A stretch of DNA of 63,685 nucleotides, filler included, from Octopus bimaculoides (Eukaryota), in assembly GCF_001194135.2 (NCBI RefSeq). It is 7 parts of 7 records of this genome, joined end to end, with 100 filler letters (N's around TTAATTAATTAA, not from the genome) between each part and the next. Parts side by side here need not be neighbours in the genome. Positions count along the whole stretch, not along the records: positions 20,082 to 27,880 come from NC_068990.1; positions 27,981 to 39,146 come from NC_069000.1; 5 more parts are not named here. One strand, given 5' to 3'. The notes under the pieces are model-generated. The model had not been told where the DNA came from, did no database searches, and saw only the letters and a program-made list of their open reading frames with translations. The position numbers were made by a program, and so were the translations under genes. How positions within the stretch are numbered: the first letter of the stretch is position 1; every line of letters starts with the position of its first letter. This document shows, piece by piece, positions 26,540 to 39,146 of the stretch.

Positions 26540-26970
26540 GGATAAGATTGATATTTAAAATATTGATCCTATCAAGTGGTCAGCATGGGAATAAAAACCA
26601 TCAAAGGTAATAATTATTTTAAATTATTACCTTTGTGTGTGTGTCTGTGTGTGCACTGTATATATATAAGACGAAGGGCTTTTCTGACGATGATTAATTT
26701 ATACTTTATCTATTTTTCAAGTTAATTTCATCACTTTCTTAAACAAATTAGACAGTATTATTTATTCTCTCATTCATATGATACTATTTTTTACTGTTTC
26801 TTACTATCTAACCTCTAATTACCAATTACCCTTATACAACCTATTACTCACTGGAGAGGATTTATACCAATATTAGTAATTAAATGATATTCAGTCTTTT
26901 GAGATGTTTGGGAAGAATAACATCTAATAAATTAACGGTATATCTTTTCTACTCCTCTGACGAGTCGTGT
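26531..26970. mobile_element. Probable PLE pseudo-LTR/terminal fragment inserted in (TA)n
   Basis: Begins right after (TA)n with TATAAATAAGGATAAGAT (also at 33931-33948, minus strand); two CTGACGA cores (26684, 26957); AT-rich, with a similar terminus to 57772-58060. The family call is inference. Confidence 0.45.
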
Positions 26971-27880
26971 ATGAGGTTTATCTCATTTATAACTGTTTAT
27001 GAGGTTTATCTCATTTATAGCTGTTTATGAGGTTTACCTCATTTATAACTGTTTATGAGGATTATCTTATTCATAACTGTTTATAAGTTTTATCTAATTT
27101 ATAACTGTTTATAAGGTTTATCTCATTTATAACTGTTTATGAGGATTATCTTATTTATAACTGTTTATGAGGTTTATCATTTATAACTGTTTATGAGGTT
27201 TATCTTATTTATAACTGTTTATGAAGTTTATTTTATTGATAACTGTTTATGAGGCTTATCTTATTTATAACTGTTTATGAGGTTTATCTTATTTATAACT
27301 GTTTATGAGGTTTATCATACTTATAACTGTTTATGAGGCTTATCTTATTTATAACTGTTTATGAGGTTTATCATATTTATAGCTGTTTATGAGGTTTATC
27401 TCATTTATAGATGTTTATGAGGTTTATCTTACTTATAACTATTTATGAGGATTATCATATTTATAACTGTTTATGAGGCTTATCTCATTTATAACTGTTT
27501 ATGAGGTCTATCTCATTTATAACTGTTTATGAGGCTTATCTTATTTATAACTGTTTATGAGGTTTATCTTATTTATAACTGTCTATGAGGCTTATCTTAT
27601 TTATAACTGTCTATGAGGCTTATCTTATTTATAACTGTTTATGAGGCTTATCTTATTTATAACTGTTTATGAGGATTATCTTATTTATAACTGTTTATGA
27701 GGTTTATCTCATTTATAACTGTTTATGAGGTTTATCTTATTGATAACTGTTTATGAGGTTTATCTTATTTATAACTGTTTATGAGGCTTATCTTATTTAT
27801 AACTGTTTATGAGGGTTATCTTATTTATAACTGTCTATGAGGCTTATCTTATTTATAACTGTTTATGAGGCTTATCTTAT
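26971..27880. repeat. 28-bp minisatellite, about 32 copies, truncated by a scaffold join
   Basis: Consensus ATGAGGTTTATCTYATTTATAACTGTTT; period 28 (26971, 26999, 27027...). Confidence 0.97.
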
Positions 27881-28147
27881 NNNNNNNNNNNNNNNNNNNN
27901 NNNNNNNNNNNNNNNNNNNNNNNNTTAATTAATTAANNNNNNNNNNNNNNNNNNNNNNNNNNNNNNNNNNNNNNNNNNNNGGTGGCAGTAGAGGTGGGGG
28001 AGTGCTACGTCCCTTGTAGCTTGCAATAGGAGCTGCCCTAAAGAGACAACCGTTATATTATTATCATGAAAATATCAAAAATATTACGATAACAGTTAAA
28101 GCAAAAAAAAAGCAAAAAAAAAGCAAAAATCAAAGGATAATAATAAC

Positions 28148-28197
<50 letters not shown>

Positions 28198-29107
28198 TAA
28201 TAATAATAATAATAATAATAATGATAATAATAATAATGATAATAATAATGTGATGATGAGTAAAAGTAAAAGTAAAAAAAAACTAGAAATGTAAAGATGA
28301 AAGTAAGGTAAGATTGTCAGGTGGAGTGAGAAATGGGTGAGATAAACTTGTGTGACACACTCACATACGCGCATGCGCAGGTACATCTACACACAAGTAC
28401 GCGCGCGCACGTGTGCATTCATAAACGCACACACACACACACACACACATAAATGCGTACACGCAGACTTAAACATACGTGTATATGCATGTATGAAGTA
28501 TGTGTGTGTAAATTGTAAACAGACAGACAGACAGACAGACAGACAGATAGACAGATAGACAGATAGAGAGACAGACAGACGGATAGATAGACAGATAGAA
28601 ATAGATAGATACATTGGTTGATATGCGTAAATGTTTGCGAAGGTTTCAGTTTGTGATGTGCTTCTCTGCATCACTAATTTCATACACTCAGCTGGATAAA
28701 GAAAACAATTTACCTACGCATTACTCACGGCTCCTTAAACATATACAGTCCCAAACATAAGAACATAAGCATACACTACATTACTTCCATACATAAGCTT
28801 CTATATTCTCAACAGATGAAGTGCATACATACACGCACGCCCGCACTCACGCACGCAGGTACAAATGCACGCTCATGTACATATGTGTGAGTGCGTGTAT
28901 GTATATATATATATATATATATATNNNNNNNNNNNNNNNNNNNNNNNNNNNNNNNNNNNNNNNNNNNNNNNNNNNNNNNNNNNNNNNNNNNNNNNNNNNN
29001 NNNNNNNNNNNNNNNNNNNNNNNNNNNNNNNNNNNNNNNNNNNNNNNNNNNNNNNNNNNNNNNNNNNNNNNNNNNNNNNNNNNNNNNNNNNNNNNNNNNN
29101 NNNNNNN

Positions 29108-29406
29108 AACAAAAGCCTTGTGAGTGGATTTGGTAGGCGGAAACTGAAAGAAGCCCGTCGTTTATATGTATATTTATATATATATATGTGTGGCTGTTTG
29201 TGTGTCTGTGTTTGTGCCCCCAATATTGCTTGACAACCAATGCTGGCGTGTTTACGTCCCCATAACCTAGCGGTTTGGCAAAAGCGACCGATAGAATAAG
29301 TACTAGGCTTACAAAGAATAAGTCCTGAGGTCGATTTGCTCGACTAAAGGCGGTGCTCCAGCATGGCCGTAGTCAAATGACTGAAACAAGTAAAAGAGTA
29401 AAAGAG
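29108..29406 (+). mobile_element. SINE family A, 3' two-thirds
   Basis: AAAGCCTTGTGAGTGGATTTGG...GAAACTGAAAGAAGCCCGTCG...GGTGCTCCAGCATGGCCGTAGTCAAATGACTGAAACAAGTAAAAGAG. Confidence 0.9.
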
Positions 29407-29606
29407 TGTGTTTGTGTGTGTGTATGTGTGTGTGTGTGTACGTGCACACACACATACACACACACTCACAAACTCACAGACACGCCACAAACAATACTGA
29501 CTGGTGCCTTGTTTTTTTTTTTTTTTTGGCTGTGTACATACCTAACCACTCAATGCAGATGTGTGTATATGTGTGTATTTATTTGAATGCATATATGAGT
29601 ATGTGC

Positions 29607-29641
<35 letters not shown>

Positions 29642-30363
29642 GTGTAGGTGGGTATTGTGAGCTGTAATAGAATAGTTGGTGGTTCACGCAACTTTAATAA
29701 ATATGAAACGAAAAATCTTAACATTGGTAAATTGAAAGGAGGAGAGGAAAAAAAAAGGGGGTTTTCTTTGAATTCTTTCAGCCCCATCTGTTTGAAGGAG
29801 CCAGGGACATTTTAAGGAATTTTTTTCTGTATCTTATTCATTCGGTTTATGTTTGTTATACTTTTCTCTTGGTAGGAAACCTTTTTAAACGCGTCAGAGA
29901 ATAAACACGAAGAAAGAATTAGACAGATAGAGAAAAGGAAGGAGAAAAAGAGAGTGAGAGAGAAAGAGAGGTACATAGAAAGAGAGAGGGATATATATTT
30001 ATATATATATAGAGAGAGAGAGAGGGGTAGCTTGATTGCTACAGAGTGAGATAGATAGAGCGAAAGAAGTTAAAGAAGAGACAAGGTTTTGAATATGGGT
30101 TTTTAGATAACTATCCAAGACATTTTGAAGGCGATTTTATTTGCATGATAGAACAAGGTCCTTTGATAACGATGTCTAAAGATGCGCGTACGAGAATAAT
30201 TGGAACTTCCTAAGTTCTAAACCAAAGTTTTCAGCCAACATGAAAGACCGTCTAACATTACTACGGCGTGACATTTTTTTTGTGATATATTTCAATTCAC
30301 GGTATTATGTCTGTCTTTACGTTCTGAATACAAATTCCATATATATATCGAGATAGATAGCTT

Positions 30364-30432
<69 letters not shown>

Positions 30433-30804
30433 GCAGACAGACAGATGTTTACTTGGATGGGGCTAGAGTATATAAGCTATAATAAACAACGGGTTTTGTA
30501 TAAATATTCTTAACCTGTATGTGTCTATTGTTAACAAGGGTCAATATTCTACTGGTGTTTGTGCTAGTAACAATAACTGGTTCACCAGTTTGTCAAACAT
30601 CAAGTGGCAAAGACACACCTGTTTTCATTGTTAGAGCCTCTTCCGGTTTCTTTAAATATAATTATAAACTGGTCATAATTAATCTTTGTTTCATACACAT
30701 GCATTCTCGCGTACGTGAACACATACTTCTCGCTTTCTGTCTATCTGTATATCACATTTCCCCCCGCCTCCTGCACTCTCTCAACACACACAGACACACA
30801 CACA

Positions 30805-30850
<46 letters not shown>

Positions 30851-30986
30851 ACACGTTCATAGAATTAGTTATGTTTTAGAAGGAAAAGATTGGCAGTGAG
30901 TTTGGTGCTTCGGCTTAATAGCTGTCANNNNNNNNNNGGGGGGGGGAATTACATTTTATATATAACAGCATTAAAAATAACCAATC

Positions 30987-31038
<52 letters not shown>

Positions 31039-31797
31039 GTACTTTTTCTCTGAACTGCGTCACATCACCTGTTTTTTTCCCCCCAATCATTGATGGAAGA
31101 GAGTGAGAGAGTGAGAGCAAAGTTTATATGCCAACAGAATATGGCAGTCCTATAAAGGACGATGTTACTGTTGTTTTAGCCCCAGGAAAGCATCTTTTCC
31201 AGCTGGCCATCGAAACACAGTCTGTGTCCGTATAGAATTTGCAAAGGAGGTCATCGCTCCCATCCTTAGCCTTACGTGATACTCACAGACCTAGGTCTCC
31301 GTGTGGTTACACATGCACACACACACACACACACACACACACAGATATGTAAAGATATGTAATTATAAATATCAATATGCTTGCGTTTGTAAATGTGTGT
31401 AGGTACCTGGATATATGTGTGCGTGTGTATATATATAGGTGTGTGTGTGAGTGTGTGTGTGTGTGAGTGTGTATGTGTGTGTGTGTATGTGAAATTTAGC
31501 ATATATATAAGAAGACTTCTTTGAGTGGCATTGGGTGGGGGCAACTTGTGTTAGAGTTTACATTTTCTAGGTTATTAAGCAATGTTTATACACTCATATA
31601 AACTAAATGTGTCTGAACAAGTTAATGATTTATAAGCGTTGTAAACAATGAAATTGCGTTATGCATCGACAGACTTTCATTTATATTCTCTTTTTTTGTA
31701 TTTCTATCTCACTTTCCCCCTGCCCTTTTTTACCTCTGTCTCTCCGTCTGTCTGTCAGTCTCCCTCTTTTTTCAATCTCTCTCTATAAATACACACA

Positions 31798-31839
<42 letters not shown>

Positions 31840-32350
31840 TGTATTATACGTGTAAATATATATATATATATATATGNNNNNNNNNNATATATATATATAT
31901 ATATATAATATTGTTTGTCTATATACGTAAATGCTTATGTATATGTATGAATAGAGGATGTATACACAAAGACACGCACACACACGTGCATATTGTGTAT
32001 GACTATACATCCGTACACATGTATTTTTTTTATTTGTCTTTACCTCTCTGTTCTCTCTTTACACTGCGCATGGCAAAACTTACGCATAAGCGCACACGTA
32101 CAACTTCGTGCATAAAGCGATTTTCTTGAATATATATATGTATTTATGTATGTATATATATGTGTGTGTGTGTGGCTGTATATATGATTATTTTCTTGTA
32201 TATATGTATGCATATATATGTGTGGATATATATATATATGTATATATGCATATTTGTATTTATATATATTATATGTATATATACATATATATATACACAC
32301 ACACACACATATATATATATACATGTATACATGCATGTATATACACACAC

Positions 32351-32403
<53 letters not shown>

Positions 32404-32906
32404 NNNNNNNNNNNNNNNNNNNNNNNNNNNNNNNNNNNNNNNNNNNNNNNNNNNNNNNNNNNNNNNNNNNNNNNNNNNNNNNNNNNNNNNNNNNNNNNNN
32501 NNNNNNNNNNNNNNNNNNNNNNNNNNNNNNNNNNNNNNNNNNNNNNNNNNNNNNNNNNNNNNNNNNNNNNNNNNNNNNNNNNNNNNNNNNNNNNNNNNNN
32601 NNNNNNNNNNNNNNNNNNNNNNNNNNNNNNNNNNNNNNNNNNNNNNNNNNNNNNNNNNNNNNNNNNNNNNNNNNNNNNNNNNNNNNNNNNNNNNNNNNNN
32701 NNNNNNNNNNNNNNNNNNNNNNNNNNNNNNNNNNNNNNNNNNNNNNNNNNNNNNNNNNNNNNNNNNNNNNNNNNNNNNNNNNNNNNNNNNNNNNNNNNNN
32801 NNNNNNNNNNNNNNNNNNNNNNNNNNNNNNNNNNNNNNNNNNNNNNNNNNNNNNNNNNNNNNNNNNNNNNNNNNNNNNNNNNNNNNNNNNNNNNNNNNNN
32901 NNNNNN

Positions 32907-32954
<48 letters not shown>

Positions 32955-33724
32955 GAAGTTCTGTGATTTTAATTAGATCAAACAGTGAAATATGTAGAAA
33001 GTTCATGGTATAGAATTCCTAAACACTTTGTCAGCCATGTGTTGTATGTTGTGAAGTCATTTTTCCTTAATGATTACAGCATGCGAGCCAGAAACCTTAT
33101 TAGTAAACATTATTATCTTCATTATTATAACCTATTGACAAGATAGTATACGCTAGACATATCTATGTACAAATATGCACGTATACAAAAACATATGTAT
33201 ACACACAGAGACACACATACATTTACACACATACATACATACACACATACGTACACATATATATATATACATAAAACATACGAATACTCACATATACGCA
33301 CGTATACACACATATATATGCACATATGCACACAACCAGTTTAAATTGCCTGTTTAAACTCCAAGTGCGATATGGTNNNNNNNNNNNNNNNNNNNNNNNN
33401 NNNNNNNNNNNNNNNNNNNNNNNNNNNNNNNNNNNNNNNNNNNNNNNNNNNNNNNNNNNNNNNNNNNNNNNNNNNNNNNNNNNNNNNNNNNNNNNNNNNN
33501 NNNNNNNNNNNNNNNNNNNNNNNNNNNNNNNNNNNNNNNNNNNNNNNNNNNNNNNNNNNNNNNNNNNNNNNNNNNNNNNNNNNNNNNNNNNNNNNNNNNN
33601 NNNNNNNNNNNNNNNNNNNNNNNNNNNNNNNNNNNNNNNNNNNNNNNNNNNNNNNNNNNNNNNNNNNNNNNNNNNNNNNNNNNNNNNNNNNNNNNNNNNN
33701 NNNNNNNNNNNNNNNNNNNNNNNN

Positions 33725-33771
<47 letters not shown>

Positions 33772-33779
33772 AAACATAC

Positions 33780-34093
33780 GAATACTCACATATACGCACG
33801 TATACACACATATATATGCACATATGCACACAACCAGTTTAAATTGCCTGTTTAAACTCCAAGTGCGATATGGTCAAAATACCACCGCAGTGAATATAAT
33901 GATGAAGTAAATATATAAATTTATATAACGATCTTATCCTTATTTATATAAATTTATATATTTAATTCTTCATTATGTTCACTGCAGTGGTATTTTGACT
34001 ATTATAGCACGTGGAGTTTAGGTGGGCAATTTAAACTGGTCACGTGCATACGTGCATATATATGTGTGTATACGTGCGTATATGTGAGTATTC
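33780..34093. repeat. Long imperfect inverted repeat (foldback), ~149-bp arms, 15-bp spacer
   Basis: 33780-33928 aligns with the reverse complement of 33944-34093 with 15 substitutions and 1 indel by manual alignment. Confidence 0.9.
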
Positions 34094-34306
34094 ATATATA
34101 TATATATATATATATATATTTGTATTTATGTACTATTTTGTGTGTATTCCACTGATGAAGAAATCCGGGATCTGGAATTATCCAATATTTTTTTTGCTAG
34201 TTTATTTTGTCTTTTTGTCTTCTCTCCTGGTGCTGTATGAACATTTAACCGGGAAGCCATGAGCCTGGCTAGGCTTTAAAAGGCCGCATAAATAATATAT
34301 AATTTA

Positions 34307-34341
<35 letters not shown>

Positions 34342-34351
34342 NNNNNNNNNN

Positions 34352-34399
<48 letters not shown>

Positions 34400-34754
34400 T
34401 GTGAGTGTGTAGGATATGTATGTACATACACATACACGTACACACATACTCGCACACACACACGCACACATATGCTCGAAGAGGGAGACACGAAGAGAGG
34501 GAGAGATAAAGAGAGAGAGAGAGATAGAGAGAGAGATAGAGAGTGGCTGGCAATTATATATGAACGATGTTATTTATCAAGTGGGTGTCAGAGTTTAGAC
34601 TGATGGTGGTGCGGTGTAATCTTTTTGTACTGGAATGTCACTGTCTTTCACCTTCCTTTTCACTGTATCTGGTAACAGTCAAATCTCTAAAAAAGTTAAG
34701 TTGGCATCTTCCATAAACATGCCATTGGTTTAATAATTTCACTCGTTATAAGAG

Positions 34755-35088
34755 TTGCCGAAACCTTGCCCGTACCTGTGGGGCGTTAGTGAAGGAGGAA
34801 ACACGAAAATCGATCCAGGACGATTTTGAAATCGTAGACAGAAGACGAAACATTTAATCAGGCGCTCTAACCATTCCGTTTCCTCACTTGTCTAGATCAG
34901 TATGATCTAAGGGTGGCAGAAACATTGCCCTTACTAGGGGTGGGGGCGTTAGTGAAAGAGGAAACACGAAAATCGATCCAGGACGATTTTGAAATCGTAG
35001 ACTGGGGATGAAACATTTAGTCCGGCGCTCTACCTATTCTGTTTCCTCACTTGTCTAGAGCAGTGGCAGAAACCTTGTCCGTACCCGG
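34755..35088 (-). repeat. 163-bp tandem duplication (about 2 copies) containing a diverged SINE-like head
   Basis: GCGTTAGTGAA at 34783 and 34946; minus strand reads GGAATGGTTAGAGCGCCTGA...ACGATTTCAAAATCG, similar to the family D head. Confidence 0.75.
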
Positions 35089-35096
35089 AATCGTGT

Positions 35097-35150
<54 letters not shown>

Positions 35151-35262
35151 CTTTGTACCTGTGTTTGTCCACCATTACTGCTTGACAACCAGTATCTTAG
35201 CGGNNNNNNNNNNTGTACCTGTGTTTGTCCACCATTACTGCTTGACAACCAGTATCTTAGCG

Positions 35263-35460
35263 GTTCGGCAATACCTAGGCGAAATGCTTAGCGATATTTT
35301 GTCCGTCTTTACGTTCTGAGTTCAAATTCCTCCGAGGTCAACTTTGACTTTCATCCTTTCGGGGTCGATAAATTAAGTACCAGTTGTGTACTGGGGTCGA
35401 TCTAATCGACTGGCCCCCTCCGCAAAAATTTCGAGCCTTGTGCCTAAAGTAGAAAAGAAT
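35263..35460 (+). mobile_element. SINE family D inserted in or next to a family A fragment
   Basis: GGCGAAATGCTTAGCGATATTTTGTCCG...GTTCTGAGTTCAAATTCC...GTAGAAAAGAAT. Confidence 0.85.
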
Positions 35461-35899
35461 ATATAAAGAAATATTTGAATGGGTTACCCCAGTGTTGGCC
35501 GCCGTTCAAAATTAAAACCAATAAAAGCATATTAGACGAAATATATTTTAACTATGGTAAAACAATTAGTCTTTATTTCAACATTAATATCTAAATATGT
35601 ATGGTATCTTTTCTCTGCGTTCTAGAAATAATTTCGCTATTTGAAGAATTCATTAAACTAGCAGGACCTGTAGAAATTCCACAGTATAAGGAAGCATATT
35701 TGAAAACATTAAGTTAACATATTAAATGCAAGTTAGGAATTTCAAAAATTATTTTGAAATCCTGCCATTTAATCAAAAGTGTACTTTTAAATGTAACATT
35801 TTATTTCAGTTCCACTCTATTTTTATATCTGTTAATACATCTGTCTGAATATCTTTTGATGTATTTGTAGACTCATCTATCTATTTATCTATCTGTCTG

Positions 35900-35931
<32 letters not shown>

Positions 35932-36059
35932 GCTATCTATCTATCTATCTATCTACTTTCCCTTCTTCGCAGTATGTATCTGTCTACTCCCATAATACCG
36001 ATAAACATTTAAAACCTAATAACAAAACAACAACAAAAAAATCTGAAAATAATAATAAT

Positions 36060-36240
36060 CCTTTCTACTATAGGAACAAGGCCTGAAATTTTTGGGGAGG
36101 GGACTAATCGATTACATCAACTCCAGTATTTCACTGGTACTTATTTCATCGACTCCGAAACGGAATTTGAACTCATGATGTAAGGACCGACGAAATGTCG
36201 CTAAGTATTTTGCCCAGTGTGCTAACGATTCTGCCAGCTG
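36060..36240 (-). mobile_element. SINE family D
   Basis: CTTTCTACTATAGGAACAAGGCCTGAAATTTT...GAATTTGAACTCA...CTAACGATTCTGCCAGCT is the reverse complement of the family D consensus. Confidence 0.85.
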
Positions 36241-36255
36241 GTCACCTTGATAATG

Positions 36256-36358
<103 letters not shown>

Positions 36359-36445
36359 TAATACTCTTCCCTAGGTGTACGGAAAACACTCGGCGAGAAA
36401 TAGAAGAAAATTTGAAGAAAGAAGAAAAATAACAACAACAACAAC

Positions 36446-36903
<458 letters not shown>

Positions 36904-38514
36904 TTTCATCCTTTTGGTGTCGAGGATATGAGTACAAGTTGAGAATGGAGGTCGATGTAATTAACTCCCCACCCCTCTCCTCAAAATTACTGAACTTGTA
37001 TCATAATTAGAAGAAAATTATTAATTAATGAGTTAGTACTTCAAATTTCGCAGATATCGATTTTATCTTTCATCATTTCAGTGAAATACTGAAATCAATG
37101 TTATCGGCAATTCTTCCCTTTCCCTTCAAAGTTCCTAGGTTCCTAGTCTTGTACCTCAGTACATTGGCTGGTCCTTACTTTTACTTGGTCAAACTTGTGA
37201 GATGAAGCTATAAGGTAGACTTGGGCGTAAAGAAACATTTATTAGTTAGTCTGTAGATAACTTGTCGTTACACAGATTACATTAAACAGAAAGCCCTCCT
37301 ACCACTGACAAAACGAAAAAGAAAAAGAAAAGGATACAACTGACTTACTTTGATGTGGTAAACGTTCACTTTGAAATGTAGTAAGTTAGTGGTTAGAGGT
37401 GAAACATAGACAGGAAGTTAATTCCAGGGGGATATGTTTCTGGGGAGTATAAACTGTTGAATAATGAGTAATACAGAATAAGAACGTGAGTAAAACGTAT
37501 AGATGTTGTAGCTGTTAACGTTGTTTAGACACAAGTCAGGACTGATCAAGGCGAACCATGGTTTAAAGCGTTCTTCTCGTGGTTGTCTTGACTTCTTTTT
37601 AGCCGCAACAGATCTCGTATCCTTCCTTTTTGAATTATATAACCAATTGTAAACGATGAACTTCAGACTATTTTCTTTCTTAGAGAGAAATCGTAAACTA
37701 GACATCTTTCAGAAGTACACGTGATACTAAAGAATAAATAAAGCTAACGCTTCAATCGGCTCTCAACCATTCATGAACAACCAAAGAACCCCTTGATATC
37801 TTTTTCACCTTGGTTGACCCGAGGTTAGCTTTGATCCTACAGACCGGGGTTAAGAGTATTCGAGCTGTCACCAGTTCATCTATATCTTCTTTTTTTTGGG
37901 GGNNNNNNNNNNNNNNNNNNNNNNNNNNNNNNNNNNNNNNNNNNNNNNNNNNNNNNNNNNNNNNNNNNNNNNNNNNNNNNNNNNNNNNNNNNNNNNNNNN
38001 NNNNNNNNNNNNNNNNNNNNNNNNNNNNNNNNNGGGGGGTTTAGTACAAAACGGGATGTGAAAGCGCGTTGGCTAGTAGGTAGGGGCGGTGTGTTGTGTT
38101 CTAGAGCAAAACACTTTATTTCACGCTTCTCTAGTCCACTCAGCTTTAAATGGCTGACACTGCGATGGCCTGGCATCCTGTTGAGAGAAATGTTGTGATC
38201 CCGGTTACTTTCATTGCAGAGAAACCAGGTAACTGGTCCTGTGATTACTAAGGACTGGAGACAATAATGTCCAAAAGACTTCTTTAATGCATTTCATTTT
38301 TACAATTCATGATACATTGTTATACGTACTTTTTTATTTTTAGGAAGCACATATTGTGGAGCTTCGGTAGAATATTTGGCTGCTATTCTTACTAGAATGT
38401 AGACATCGATGTTGGTAAAAAAAAAACAAATAAATAAACTTCTTCTTACAAATATTAGACAGTTCCAAAAGGTTTCATGCACTTTACCCGATTACATAAT
38501 GAAATAAAGACACC

Positions 38515-39080
38515 CGCTGAATCATCATCTCTGACCACTTTCTTGTCATGATTACTAACCTCACAATCCAAACTCCTAGATTCAAATCCGCATAGTTGTG
38601 CGGACGTAGTTCCCGCAATGAACTCAAATGACGCATCAGCAATATGTTCCGCTTTTACATTTACAAACTGGACTGTTTATACCTCGAACCACAACAACAG
38701 CGAGATCACAACCCGCAGCACGATTAGTGCTTCCATGCATCTCTTAGCTAGCAAGTTCTACAACCGATCCTTTTGGTCTCTTGCTAGGACGATCTCGGCC
38801 GGCTTTGCAGAATTACCCTTCCTTTTACTTAACGATCATGATATATTTGTAAGCGGTATTCCCATAGAGAAAGTAATAACATTTGCTACTGGCTTCGTAA
38901 CTATCTTGACACAGTAGATATTGAATAAATTTTCCTTCAAAGATATCCCTTTCCACTCCATCAGGCTAACCACAATATACGCATATATTCCAAACGAGAA
39001 AACAAGACAAGACCACCGGCCTTGACAGTATCCCTTCCAATACCATCAAAGACTACTCTCCCGAAATGTCTTCACCAAAC

Positions 39081-39082
<2 letters not shown>
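38515..39082 (+). mobile_element. CR1/Jockey-group LINE ORF2 remnant (APE end to start of RT)
   Basis: IIISDHFLVMIT (APE SDH motif), RSFWSLARTIS..F..LP.L...IEKVITFA (FW...P.L...KA..FA linker) and TTGLDSIPSNTIKDYSPEM (KA.GpDgIP..vLK...eL) in shifting frames. Confidence 0.7.

Positions 39083-39146
<64 letters not shown>

Noticed and set aside
26971-27880. CRISPR-like reading of the 28-bp hairpin array
   Set aside because: Units are contiguous with no unique spacers, the context is eukaryotic, and there are no cas genes.
34152-34180. CTGATGA followed by a TCCGG/CTGGA hairpin as a hammerhead
   Set aside because: No GAAA follows stem II; at best a decayed remnant.
37418-37705. 95-aa basic minus-strand ORF, and plus-strand TQVRTDQGEPWF resembling a Bro-N or integrase motif
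   Set aside because: Short similarity only, with no supporting flanking motifs; ORFs of this length occur by chance here.
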